Shown here one piece after another: positions 49,491 to 63,214 of a DNA stretch of 64,000 nucleotides. The stretch lies in the NCBI GenBank assembly GCA_040219255.1, contig JAVJSW010000060.1, positions 268,582 to 332,581 on the forward strand, given 5' to 3'. Each line of letters starts with the position of its first letter. Within the stretch, counting starts at the first letter, position 1. The notes under the pieces were generated by a model that did not search any database, was not told the origin of the DNA, and saw only the letters and a program-made list of their open reading frames with translations. The position numbers and the translations under genes were made by a program. This DNA is from Sumerlaeia bacterium (GTDB taxonomy: Bacteria > Sumerlaeota > Sumerlaeia > SLMS01 > JAHLLQ01).

Positions 49491-49632
49491 CTGAAACGAT
49501 CTCAGACACTTGTTTCCTTTCCAGTGCGATCTGGCGAGGTGGCAAGCATCTTTCTTCGACTCCTTGTCGTGTGGGTGTGGCTCGCAACGCCGTGCCCCGC
49601 GACAGAACGCATCCTCTCCAAGGAGTCGAAAT

Positions 49633-51558
49633 ATGAATCGCCGAATTGTTCTACCAATAAGCTGCGTGCTGGCGCTGGGGGCTTCCGTGCCTCTGGCCGC
49701 ACAGAGCGCCGATCAGCAGAACCGATCAACGCCAACTCAACAAATGACCACCCGCCAATCCGCCGAGACGAAAGGCGTTGTGGAAATCATCACGGCGTCG
49801 CCGGATCACAAAATCCTGGCGGAGTTCCTGAAAAAAGCCGAGCTGGTTGAGAGACTCGAAGGCAAGAGTTCCTACACGGTGTTCGCGCCGACGGACGAAG
49901 CCTTCGAAAAGCTGGACCAGGAAACCAGGGAACGGCTGCGCAACGATGAAAATGAGTTGCTGCGAGTGATCAGCTTCCATGTCGTGCCGAAGCAAATCGG
50001 TTCTCAAGAAAACCGCACCGGGACGACGATTCGCGCCGAAGGTCCGCAAGTGTACGACACCCTGTCGGGGCGAAAAATCGTTGTTGGACCGAACGGCCGC
50101 ATTTCGGGGACGATGCCGGAGGACACGATCCAGGCCCAGGACGGCGTGATCTACGTGTTCGATCGGGTGTTGATGCCGCCAGAGATGACGCGCGAGGAAG
50201 CGCGCCAGTTCGCCGCCGAATCGGTGAAGCGCAGTTCCGTTCAGGGCGGCGGCGTCGCCGTGAACCTGACCGATGAACAACTCGAACGGCTGCGCGAGGC
50301 GCGGGAAACCCGCCGCGAGAAGCGGCAGGACGAGGAGATTCGTCCCTATGGCCGCACCGGAGACGAGCGCGAAGAGCTGCGCGAGGAGCGCGAGGACTAC
50401 CGTGAAGAGCTTCGCGAAGACGGTCCGGGCTCGGAGGACGTCCGGGATGCGCGGCGCGATCTGATCGAGGAACGGCGGGATTCCGCCCAGGCCCGCCAAG
50501 CGGTGCCCGGTCGCGGGGTTGACCTGGACAAGAACGTCCGCACCGATTCAGCGGAAACGACCGGCCGGCAGGATGGCAACGCGCCGCAGGGCGCTCCCGG
50601 CGATGGCTACCCGAACTGGGGCCACGACCTGGAGGGAGAGGAGCGTCCGGTGGACGTCGAAGGTGAGAACCTGACGGAAGAAGAACTCGAGGAGCGGCGC
50701 GAAGCGAAGCTGGAGCGCCGAGAGCAGCGCCGGGAAAATCAGCGCGAACAGGAATGGAAAGAAGCCTCGGCGGAAATCCAACGCCGGAGCGCCTCGCGAA
50801 CCGGCGCCAACGTCGAGAGCGACGAATACATCGAGGAAATGCAGGACGCCCGCCAACGCAACGCCGTGCTGGAATTCTTCGACGATCCACCCACGGAAGA
50901 ACTGGAAGATCTGCGTGAAGCCGAGCGGGAGTTGCGCGAGGCCATCGAGGGCGGAGCGGACGCCGACGAAATTCGCGATCTGCGCGAAGAAGTCGCGGAG
51001 GCCAAACGCGACTATCGCGAGGCCGCAGAACTGGGCGGTGCCGTCGTCACGGCCCCCGACATCCCCGGCCTGATGGTGGACGCCCAGGGCCAGGACGTCC
51101 GCAAAGGCAACACGATCACCTACAAGTTGAGCAATATGAGCGAGTTGAGCACGCTCAACGATCTCGTCAAGGAAGTCAACTTGCAGGTGGGTCTGTCCGA
51201 CGCCGGGCCCTACACGCTGTTCGCGCCGACGAACGAAGCCTTCGAGGCGATCGACGAGCGGACCCTCGAGGAATACAGGAACAATCCCGAGCAGTTGAAG
51301 AACCTGCTTCTGAACCACGTCGCCAAGGGCGAGATCATGGCGCAGGACCTGAAAGATCGCTCCATGGTCCGCACCGTCGTGGGCGAGCCGGTGATTATCA
51401 GCGACTTCCAGGGCAAGACGCACGTGGGTGGCGGCGAACTGGTTCGCACCGACATCCGCACCAGCAACGGCGTGATCCACATCATCGACTCGATGCTGCC
51501 AGTGACCTTTGCTATCGAGGATGCGGACGAGGTGCCGTTGGCGCCGCCGGGACAGTAA
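49633..51558 (+). CDS. Secreted protein with two fasciclin (FAS1) domains and long charged linker
   Basis: YTVFAPTDEAF...GVIYVFDRVL and YTLFAPTNEAF...NGVIHIIDSML; AGGAG RBS. Confidence 0.9.
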   Translation: MNRRIVLPISCVLALGASVPLAAQSADQQNRSTPTQQMTTRQSAETKGVVEIITASPDHKILAEFLKKAELVERLEGKSSYTVFAPTDEAFEKLDQETRERLRNDENELLRVISFHVVPKQIGSQENRTGTTIRAEGPQVYDTLSGRKIVVGPNGRISGTMPEDTIQAQDGVIYVFDRVLMPPEMTREEARQFAAESVKRSSVQGGGVAVNLTDEQLERLREARETRREKRQDEEIRPYGRTGDEREELREEREDYREELREDGPGSEDVRDARRDLIEERRDSAQARQAVPGRGVDLDKNVRTDSAETTGRQDGNAPQGAPGDGYPNWGHDLEGEERPVDVEGENLTEEELEERREAKLERREQRRENQREQEWKEASAEIQRRSASRTGANVESDEYIEEMQDARQRNAVLEFFDDPPTEELEDLREAERELREAIEGGADADEIRDLREEVAEAKRDYREAAELGGAVVTAPDIPGLMVDAQGQDVRKGNTITYKLSNMSELSTLNDLVKEVNLQVGLSDAGPYTLFAPTNEAFEAIDERTLEEYRNNPEQLKNLLLNHVAKGEIMAQDLKDRSMVRTVVGEPVIISDFQGKTHVGGGELVRTDIRTSNGVIHIIDSMLPVTFAIEDADEVPLAPPGQ

Positions 51559-51613
51559 TCGGTCTACCAGGCGGAAGACCCGGATTCGGGGTTTCGCCAG
51601 GGAAAAGACGAGG

Positions 51614-51650
51614 TCCCCTCTTTCGCTTCGGAAGGGGGGATTTTCCTTTT
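51614..51650 (+). terminator. Rho-independent terminator
   Basis: tcccctctttcg-ctt-cggaagggggga followed by T-rich tail. Confidence 0.7.
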
Positions 51651-51689
51651 GTTCCGGTCCGATTTTGAGGCACGGTGCAAGTCGAATGA

Positions 51690-54512
<2,823 letters not shown>

Positions 54513-54550
54513 TCCGCCGAGTCTTCGGCGGCCTGAATCCTGCCTGATGG

Positions 54551-54587
54551 AAGGGGCGCGGGAGGTTTTTCTCCCGCGCCCCTTTTC
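54551..54587 (+). terminator. Rho-independent terminator after gyrB
   Basis: 14-bp perfect stem aaggggcgcgggag/ctcccgcgcccctt ending in T-run. Confidence 0.8.
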
Positions 54588-54627
54588 GATTCCAGCGGTC
54601 CGTTCCGGGCCGCCGCAGGAGACCACA

Positions 54628-55029
54628 ATGGACCATTCCGCCAGCCGCCCCGTCGGCCGCGCCACCACGCCCCGGGAAGGCACCGCAAGCCACGACGAAC
54701 AGGAACGTATCCGCCGCCGTCTCAGGCGTTTAGCCCATCTTTGGGATAGCCATTTCCGGCTTCCCGGAACCGATTTCCGCTTTGGGCTGGATGGCTTGCT
54801 GGGTCTGATTCCCGGAGTCGGTGACTTGGCCGGGGCGGCGTTTTCCTGCTATCTCATCTACGAGGCTGAAAAACTCGGCGCTTCGCGTCGGCAGCAAGCC
54901 CAAATGGTGGCGAATGTGCTGCTCGACGCTCTGATCGGCACGGTTCCGCTGGTGGGGGATCTGTTCGATTTCGCCTTCAAAGCGAACCAAAGAAATCTGA
55001 AAATACTCGGGATAGATCCGAAGTCCTAG
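54628..55029 (+). CDS. DUF4112 domain protein
   Basis: FRFGLDGLLGLIPGVGD, VPLVGDLFDFAFKAN. Confidence 0.88.
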   Translation: MDHSASRPVGRATTPREGTASHDEQERIRRRLRRLAHLWDSHFRLPGTDFRFGLDGLLGLIPGVGDLAGAAFSCYLIYEAEKLGASRRQQAQMVANVLLDALIGTVPLVGDLFDFAFKANQRNLKILGIDPKS

Positions 55030-55055
55030 GAACGTCGGGGGATTTTCCGGCGAGT

Positions 55056-55070
55056 TGGCGCCGGGCTTGC
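55056..55070 (+). promoter_or_regulatory. Putative sigma54 promoter of the stress-protein operon
   Basis: TGGCGCC-GGGC-TTGC. Confidence 0.55.
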
Positions 55071-55125
55071 CAATTCCCTGTCTTGACGAATTTACCCATT
55101 CTCTATTTCAGATAAGGAGTGCTTC

Positions 55126-55935
55126 ATGGAACCGAACAAAGTGACAACCCATGATGCGTCCGGACGGCCCGGCGAGGCGCGTCAGGACGCCGAGGCACGG
55201 GCCCGGACGGCGGAGTCGAAGGCGAAGAGCCACGCCGAAGACGTGCGGGTGCAAGCGCGCGCCGAGGGGCAGTCGGCGGAAGCCCGCGCCCAGGAGAAGC
55301 GCGAAAACCTCTCGCGCCAGGCCAAGGACGCCTACTCGGACGCCAAGGATACGGCGCGGCAGCAGGCCACCGAGACGAAGCATCAGGCGGCGGAATTCGC
55401 CCAGCGCACCGCCGACGAGCAGAAGGCTCGGGCCGCCGCAGAGGTTCGCACTTTCGGCGAAGCTCTGCACCGGGCCGGCAATCGCCTCGAAGAGGGCGAC
55501 GATCCCAACATCGCCGATTACGCTCATGGAGCCGCGGAACGGCTCGAGGGCGTGGCGAATTATCTGGAGACGACTTCGCCGGGGCACTTGCTCGACGACG
55601 CGTCGGACTTCACGCGCCGCAATCCAGAGTACGTTCTGGGCGGCATGTTCCTGGCCGGGCTGGCGCTCTCGCGCTTTCTGAAGGCCAGCAGCCCCACCCG
55701 GCGGCGCCGGGACAGCTCGGAATACGACGAGGTCTTTGCCACCTCCGGCTACCCCTACGGCGATTACGAGCCCTACTCGAATCCGCCCGCGGGCTATGGC
55801 CAGGGCCGCATCCCGGAAGACCGCTGGCGTGGCATCGAACCGCCCTATCCGCCGGGCGAACCCCGCTCCGCCGGCCGCACCCCCGATCCCGCCGCCACGT
55901 CCGTGACGGGTCAGAAGGAGGGGCGCGATGGCTGA
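55126..55935 (+). CDS. LEA-like helical stress protein with membrane anchor
   Basis: Ala/Glu/Lys/Arg-rich repeats; FTRRNP...AGLALSRFLKAS; AAGGAG RBS. Confidence 0.75.
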   Translation: MEPNKVTTHDASGRPGEARQDAEARARTAESKAKSHAEDVRVQARAEGQSAEARAQEKRENLSRQAKDAYSDAKDTARQQATETKHQAAEFAQRTADEQKARAAAEVRTFGEALHRAGNRLEEGDDPNIADYAHGAAERLEGVANYLETTSPGHLLDDASDFTRRNPEYVLGGMFLAGLALSRFLKASSPTRRRRDSSEYDEVFATSGYPYGDYEPYSNPPAGYGQGRIPEDRWRGIEPPYPPGEPRSAGRTPDPAATSVTGQKEGRDG

Positions 55936-56341
55936 GGAACGAACAACCACGGAAACGCGCTCTCTTGGCGAACTGCTGAGGGAACTGCGCGCCGAAGGCA
56001 CCACGCTGATGAAGCAGGAAGTGGAGCTGGCGAAAACGGAAACCCAGGAGACGGTGCAGACCTACATGCGCAATGCGGCCTCGGTGGCGGTGGGGGGAGC
56101 GATCCTCTACGCCGGTATCATCCTGCTGCTCTTCGCGGCGTCGGCCGGTCTGGCGACGCTGCTTGTGGATAACGGCATGGCAGTCGAGACGGCAGAGCTG
56201 CTCTCGCGGCTCATCGTCGGCGGTGTGGTGGCGTTGATTGGGGCCATCGCCCTGAAGATGGGCATGAGCAAGATCAAGCATACCTCTCCCGTACCGAAGA
56301 AAACCCTAGAGACCTTGAAGGAGGATAAGCAATGGGCGTAG
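55928..56341 (+). CDS. Phage-holin-like superfamily membrane protein (DUF1469-like)
   Basis: SLGELL...QEVELAK, two TM helices, PKKTLETLKED. Confidence 0.85.
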   Translation: MAEERTTTETRSLGELLRELRAEGTTLMKQEVELAKTETQETVQTYMRNAASVAVGGAILYAGIILLLFAASAGLATLLVDNGMAVETAELLSRLIVGGVVALIGAIALKMGMSKIKHTSPVPKKTLETLKEDKQWA

Positions 56342-57738
56342 GCGAAAGCACAACGAGCGTGAGAAACGACACGAAATATTCCACCGATCCGGGCACTCCG
56401 CCGCCCTATCCGAGCGATGCCTCGTCGCGCGAGATTCGCGAAGACGTGGCCCGCACGCGGTCGGATATGGACAGTACGCTGGACGAAATCGGGCGCCGCC
56501 TCCATCCGAGGCATTTGCTCGACGATCTCCTGGACGCGCTGTCGAGCCGCACCGGCGACGGCCAGGTCAAAGGCAAAGCGAAGGACGCCGGTTCGACGCT
56601 GATGCACAAAGTGAAAGACCACCCGATTCCGGCGGCGCTGATCGGCGGAGGGTTGATCTATATGCTCTTCGAGAGCGAACGGACGCCCACGCCTCATCTG
56701 CGGCGCCGCAGCCACGGCACCCGCTATGTGCCGGACCTGTCGGACCCGTACTTGGCCGATTCGTCGATGTTGACCGAGGAGCGTTACTTCGCGCGGGACT
56801 ACCCGGGCGCAAGCCGTCAGGACCCCTACGAGGATCTGTTCGACGACGAGTTCTATGGACGCGGGCCCGGCGAGCCGTTTGGCTACGAGGGCATCGCGCC
56901 TCTGTCGGCGGAGGAATACGCGCGACGCGATTACTCCATCGAATCCGGACGAATGAGCGCCGGACCTGATGGAGGGGGCGAAGGCAATGGCCCGGGCCGC
57001 GCCGGCCAGGCTAAGGAAAAGGCTCGCGAAGGCAAAGAGCGCGCAACCGGAGCCGCCCAGGACGCGAAGCATCGCGCCAGCGACGCGGCGAATCGCGCGA
57101 AGGACAAGACGAGCCACGCGGCGGGAGCACTCTCCGACCGGGCGCGTTACATGCAGGAGCGGGGCCGCATCCAGGCGGCGCACGCCCGCCGGGCCGCCGC
57201 CTATCGCGCCGCCGAGGCGCGCCGGGCCGCCGCCCATGGCTATCGCGCCGGACGCGACACGATCGCCGAGCAGGTGGAGGACAATCCGCTGGTTGCCGGT
57301 TTTGTCGCTCTCGCCGCGGGAGCGCTGGTCGGACTGGCTCTGCCCAAGACCCGGCGCGAGGACGAGTGGATGGGCGATGAAGCATCGCGCGCCAAGGCCC
57401 GCGCCCGGAACCTGAGCGAGGAAGCCTATCATCGTGGCCGGGCGACCGCCGCGTCTTCCGCTTCGGCGGCGATGGACGAAGCTGAACGCCAGGGCATCGC
57501 CCCGGGCCAGCTGGCCGAGAAGGGCCGTGATGTGGCCCATCGCACCGGCGATGCGTTCTCCGAAGCGGCACAGGATCGCGATGTCGATCCGAATTCCCTG
57601 CGCGAGAAGAGCAAAGCCGTCGCCCAGGCTGCCAAATCCGAAGCCAAGCACGAGGCTTCGGGCGGCAAGGAGCAGATGAAAGCGGAAGGCCAGGCCGCCA
57701 AGGAAGAAACCAAGCGGGACGTGAAGAAGGAGGGCTAA
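56332..57738 (+). CDS. DUF3618 domain protein with LEA-like repeats
   Basis: EIREDVARTRSDMDSTLDEI, HPIPAALIG, NPLV...LPKTRREDEWMG. Confidence 0.85.
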   Translation: MGVGESTTSVRNDTKYSTDPGTPPPYPSDASSREIREDVARTRSDMDSTLDEIGRRLHPRHLLDDLLDALSSRTGDGQVKGKAKDAGSTLMHKVKDHPIPAALIGGGLIYMLFESERTPTPHLRRRSHGTRYVPDLSDPYLADSSMLTEERYFARDYPGASRQDPYEDLFDDEFYGRGPGEPFGYEGIAPLSAEEYARRDYSIESGRMSAGPDGGGEGNGPGRAGQAKEKAREGKERATGAAQDAKHRASDAANRAKDKTSHAAGALSDRARYMQERGRIQAAHARRAAAYRAAEARRAAAHGYRAGRDTIAEQVEDNPLVAGFVALAAGALVGLALPKTRREDEWMGDEASRAKARARNLSEEAYHRGRATAASSASAAMDEAERQGIAPGQLAEKGRDVAHRTGDAFSEAAQDRDVDPNSLREKSKAVAQAAKSEAKHEASGGKEQMKAEGQAAKEETKRDVKKEG

Positions 57739-57944
57739 AGGGCCTGCCTTCGGGTCCGCTGGCGCACCCCTATGACCGCGGCCGCCAGGCGTCTTCGCCT
57801 CCACGCCGGGGGCGGGAGGGACGCTTGCCCCGCAAGCCCGAAGAAAACCTTTGCGGAAAGAAGCCGGTCGCGATTGCGGCCGGCTTCCTTCTTTGCTGCC
57901 ATTGGCGCAGGAAAGCCGAGGCCGCACCGGCCGCGCGCCCCTGA

Positions 57945-57967
57945 GTAGCACGGGCGTCTCGCCCATG
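57945..57967 (+). repeat. GTAG-type REP palindrome
   Basis: GTAGCACGGGCGTCTCGCCCATG. Confidence 0.7.
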
Positions 57968-58046
57968 ACCCGCGGCGCTTTTCTCCAAAAGCTCACCCTC
58001 AGCGAGCAGCGGCTTTCCAACCAACCTCTCAAGGGAGCGCGACACG

Positions 58047-59789
58047 TTGCAGACGGAGAAGGGGTTCCTGATCGCGATCGGTCCCGGCGGGACGTTTCTC
58101 GCCGGCGTGGACGAACCGCTCGGCAGCGGCGCCGCGGCGCATGGCTATGCCGTGCGCGAGGGCCGCATCGTGCCCGCCCGGGAAGCTGAAGTCCCCGCCG
58201 AAGGCGCGCTCGCCCACCCTCCCGATGGCGGCCTTCTGAGCCAAGTCCGCTGGGCGCCGGGGCTCGTCGAAATTCTGACGGACCCGGCGGGGGCCTTCCC
58301 CGTCTATTCGGCTCATGCGCCGGGCGTGTTGTTCCTGGGCACCGATGCCTGGGCAATTGCGGAGGAGGCGGAGCTGCGGGGCCTGAACGCGGAAAGCGCG
58401 CTGGCGCTGATGGCGTTCGAGTTCGTGCCGGGGCTGGAAACGCTGGTGGACGGGCTGGAGGAACTGCCGGCGAATTGCCGGGTTGTGTTCTCGCGCACCG
58501 AGGGCGGCGCGTGGCGTCGCGAGGAGCAGCCCTTGCCGCGCCTGAGCCCGGTGCCGGCGGAGCCAGGCGCCTCCGAGGCTGATCGGGTGAAGGCCGCGGC
58601 GGAAAACCTGCGGGCCGTGTGCGCGCCGGTGGCCTCGGCGTCCGGGCCGGTGGCGCTGAACCTGAGTGGCGGTTGGGACAGCCGGGCGCTGCTGGGCGTG
58701 ATGGCGCCTCGCCTCGGCGGCGACGGCCTGTTCACCTGCACCTATGGGAATGGCCGCTTTGGCGGAACCGAACTGGCCCGCCGCGTGTCGCGGGAAGTGG
58801 GCATCCCGAGCCGCTTTCATCCGTTCGACGACGGGCGCCACCTGGAGTTGTGGTGGCTCAGCCTGTGCCGCGAGATGCCGCCGGTGGCGCGCTACAACCT
58901 GAGCGACGGCGGCAAAGCGGTGGGCGAGAACCTGTACCGCGGCGCCGCGTTGGCGACTTGTGGCCACAGCGGTGACGGCAACACGAAGGCCCAGTTCCCG
59001 GCCTCGGCGGCTCCGGCCGACGCGGAAGGCCTGGGCGCCTGGGCGGGGCGGCGGTATCGGTCGTCGCTGACGGACGAGGAAGCGCGCGATCTGCTGCGGC
59101 CCGGGAGCGATGGCCTCGCCGAGGCGCCGGGGCGCCTCGCCCGCGAGACCGCGCGGGTGGCGTGGGAGGCCGAGTCGCCCGTGGGCTCGGGCGTGCGGTG
59201 GTTTCTGGGCCAGCGGGTGCGGCGCAATGTCTTGTCCGAGGTGCGGCTCCTGGAGCGCCACGCGCCGGTGGTTTTCCTGCCGATGATGGAGCCGGCGTTC
59301 CGGGCGTTCTGGGCGGGCGCGAGCGCGGCGGAACTGACGGACCAGAGGCTGTGGCGGCTGGCGCTGCGGGATCATGTCTTTGTCGAGGGGATGGCGGCGC
59401 TGGGCCGATTGCCGCGGGAAGGCGGTGGCTTCGTGGACCCGGACGGGCCGGGCAATCGGGCCGGGTCCATGGCACGGCGTGTGGTGATGGCGGCGGCGCG
59501 GCGTGTGGCGCCCGGCATGGCCAGCGCCGCGATGGACGCCGACCCGACGGTGGCGTGGTGGCGCGGCGACAAGCGCCTTTTCTGGTTCGTGCACGACACG
59601 CTGATGGCGTCGGCCTTCTATTCCGAACACTTCGAACGGGAAGCGTTGAGGTTGTGGCTGTTACGATCCCGTCGGAGCTATCGCGCGGCCCGCACCACGG
59701 TGTGGAACATGATGACCGTGGCGGGGGCGGAGCGGCTGCTTATCGGCTTGAAGCCGTCGCGTTTTCCTCCGGCACTTCGTCGGGGGTGA
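58047..59789 (+). CDS. Asparagine synthase-related (PP-loop) protein
   Basis: TDPAGAFPVY, TLVDGLEELP, LSGGWDSR; no N-terminal Cys; start uncertain. Confidence 0.7.
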   Translation: MQTEKGFLIAIGPGGTFLAGVDEPLGSGAAAHGYAVREGRIVPAREAEVPAEGALAHPPDGGLLSQVRWAPGLVEILTDPAGAFPVYSAHAPGVLFLGTDAWAIAEEAELRGLNAESALALMAFEFVPGLETLVDGLEELPANCRVVFSRTEGGAWRREEQPLPRLSPVPAEPGASEADRVKAAAENLRAVCAPVASASGPVALNLSGGWDSRALLGVMAPRLGGDGLFTCTYGNGRFGGTELARRVSREVGIPSRFHPFDDGRHLELWWLSLCREMPPVARYNLSDGGKAVGENLYRGAALATCGHSGDGNTKAQFPASAAPADAEGLGAWAGRRYRSSLTDEEARDLLRPGSDGLAEAPGRLARETARVAWEAESPVGSGVRWFLGQRVRRNVLSEVRLLERHAPVVFLPMMEPAFRAFWAGASAAELTDQRLWRLALRDHVFVEGMAALGRLPREGGGFVDPDGPGNRAGSMARRVVMAAARRVAPGMASAAMDADPTVAWWRGDKRLFWFVHDTLMASAFYSEHFEREALRLWLLRSRRSYRAARTTVWNMMTVAGAERLLIGLKPSRFPPALRRG

Positions 59790-60960
59790 GGACGCGCTGT
59801 GGGGCCTCTGTGCGCCCCACGCCGGGGGTCAGGGCGGGGTCTTCCTCGGCGGAGAGAATAAATCGGAACTCTTGCTCGCTGATGCGGCCTTCGCGCAGGA
59901 GGCGCTTGCCATCGGCCAGGATGTCGCCGATTTGGTAGCGGCGCACGGCCTTGTCCACCTCGCCGGGGCTTGCGCCTGCCATGATGTCGTTGCGCAGTTC
60001 GGTGCTCATGCGGACGAGTTCGAAAAGACCGGTGCGGCGGGTGTCGCTGGCTTCGGCTGAATCCTTAACGCGGACGAGGCGTTGGGCGATCGAGCCGGAC
60101 GTCGCCGAGGCGACCAGGTAGGGATCGATCCCCATGGATGGCAAGCGGCTGAAGACGCGCGAGGCACGTCCGGCGTGGATCGTCGATAGGACGGTATGAC
60201 CAGTCATGCCGGCCTGCACGGCGGTGCGGGCCGTTTCCGGATCCAGGATTTCGCCCACCATAATGACGTCCGGGTCGTGGCGCAGGATCGAGCGGAGCGA
60301 TTTGGCGAAGGTCAAGCCCTGGCCTTCATTGACTTGCACCTGCGAGGCGAATTCCAGCTCGCGCTCGACCGGGTCCTCCAGAGTGACGAAGTTCAGCCGG
60401 TCGCCGTATTCGCCATGAAGCCGCCGCAGCATGGCGTAGATGGTCGTGGTCTTGCCGCTGCCGCTGGGGCCGGTCAGGTAGATCACCCCGCCTCGTTGAA
60501 AGAGCAAGTCGTCGACTCCATCGCGAACGGCCCGGCTCATACCGAGGGATTGCAGGTCGTGCAGGCGTTCGCCCTTTTCCGGCAGACGAATTACGGCGTT
60601 TTCCCCGCGCACGGTGGGAATGACGGCCACGCGCAGGTCGATGGGTGGTTGGTCCTCGTCGTCGCCTTCCCATTGGATGCGCCCGTCCTGCGGCTCGTGG
60701 TGGATGAAACCCTGGAGCCGGCCCAGGACCTTGAGTCGGGTGATCAACATTCCGGCCTGCTCCAACGGCAGATCGGCCAACGTATGCAAGATCCCCTCGC
60801 GGCGGCCCCGCGCCCGCAGGGCGTCGCGTTGATGCATGAAGTGAAGGTCCGAAAAGCGGTTCTCGCGGGCAAACCGCAGGAACCTGGCGACGGTCTCGAT
60901 AGCCCAGTTTTCATCGTGGGGAATGGCCTTGAGCCGCTCTTGCAATCTGGTGGTATCCAT
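59740..60960 (-). CDS. GspE/PilB-family secretion ATPase (short form)
   Basis: SDLHF, PQDGR, GPSGSGKTTT, TLEDPVE, LRHDPDVIMVGE, TGHTVLSTIHA. Confidence 0.92.
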   Translation of the reverse strand: MDTTRLQERLKAIPHDENWAIETVARFLRFARENRFSDLHFMHQRDALRARGRREGILHTLADLPLEQAGMLITRLKVLGRLQGFIHHEPQDGRIQWEGDDEDQPPIDLRVAVIPTVRGENAVIRLPEKGERLHDLQSLGMSRAVRDGVDDLLFQRGGVIYLTGPSGSGKTTTIYAMLRRLHGEYGDRLNFVTLEDPVERELEFASQVQVNEGQGLTFAKSLRSILRHDPDVIMVGEILDPETARTAVQAGMTGHTVLSTIHAGRASRVFSRLPSMGIDPYLVASATSGSIAQRLVRVKDSAEASDTRRTGLFELVRMSTELRNDIMAGASPGEVDKAVRRYQIGDILADGKRLLREGRISEQEFRFILSAEEDPALTPGVGRTEAPQRVLTPDEVPEENATASSR

Positions 60961-61096
60961 GACGCTCGCTTCCAAAAAAAAATCTGGCTGACAAGTAGGG
61001 GATTGCAAGATGCAGGCAAGATGGCCCATAGCCTTTCCGCCGCGAGCTTTCCGGCCCGTGCCGAACCCGTCCGCCAATCCTTTCGGAGGAAACGCC

Positions 61097-61675
61097 ATGT
61101 CTCGATTATTCGCTGCCCTGATCTGCCTCGGCCTTGGGTGGGGTGTTGCCGTCTTGACCGGCTGCGCGTCCGGAGACCGGCAGAACGCGGGCCAGGTTCC
61201 CGAGTCCACGGACACGCTCCCCATCGGGGCGGAGGCGCCGAAGTTTCGGCTCTTTGATAGCGCGGGGAACGGGGTCGCCCTCGAAGACTTCGCCGGGCGC
61301 CCGGTCGTCCTGGTTTTCTATCCGGGAAACGATACGCCGACCTGTACCCGGCAGCTTTGCGAACTGCGCGATGACTGGGGGGCGTTCGAGAAAGAAGACG
61401 TCGCGGTTCTGGCTATCAACCCGGCCGACGGCGCCAGCCACGCCCGCTTCAAAGCCGAATACGACTTGCCCTTTCCCCTCCTGGTCGATCCCGGCGGCGA
61501 GGTCGCCAAGGCGTACATGAGCCAAGGGGTCTTCGGCATCAACCGCCGCACCGTCTATGCGGTGGGGCCGGATGGGCGGATTGTCTTTGCCGAGCGCGGC
61601 CGCCCCACACCCGCGCGCATCCTGCAAGCCATCGCCTCCGAGCCCGCCTCCGCCGGCGCGGCGGGCGCCGGATAA
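61097..61675 (+). CDS. BCP/PrxQ-type peroxiredoxin, probable lipoprotein
   Basis: LTG|C lipobox; FYPGNDTPTCTRQLC. Confidence 0.88.
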   Translation: MSRLFAALICLGLGWGVAVLTGCASGDRQNAGQVPESTDTLPIGAEAPKFRLFDSAGNGVALEDFAGRPVVLVFYPGNDTPTCTRQLCELRDDWGAFEKEDVAVLAINPADGASHARFKAEYDLPFPLLVDPGGEVAKAYMSQGVFGINRRTVYAVGPDGRIVFAERGRPTPARILQAIASEPASAGAAGAG

Positions 61676-61705
61676 GCCCCCGGGAAGGCCACAATACCCG
61701 CCATC

Positions 61706-63025
<1,320 letters not shown>

Positions 63026-63092
63026 GGGGGGAAATGTTTCGACGAGTTCGCAAACACCCCGTCTATCCATCCGATTTGATGATCGTAAAAAG

Positions 63093-63209
63093 GTAACACG
63101 GGCGTCTCGCCCGTGACCCAATAGCCATGGCCCCCGCCCGACACCTTACTCCAAGAGTCACTTGAAATCGAAATATCGCCGCCGGTCACGGGCGGGACGC
63201 CCGTGCTAC
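63093..63209. repeat. Inverted pair of GTAG-type REPs (REPIN-like)
   Basis: GTAACACGGGCGTCTCGCCCGTG (+, 63093-63115) and GTAGCACGGGCGTCCCGCCCGTG (-, 63209-63187). Confidence 0.8.
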
Positions 63210-63214
63210 ACAGA

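Noticed and set aside
55928-56341. Holin-like gene as prophage evidence
   Set aside because: No phage genes nearby; this family commonly sits in stress clusters with DUF3618
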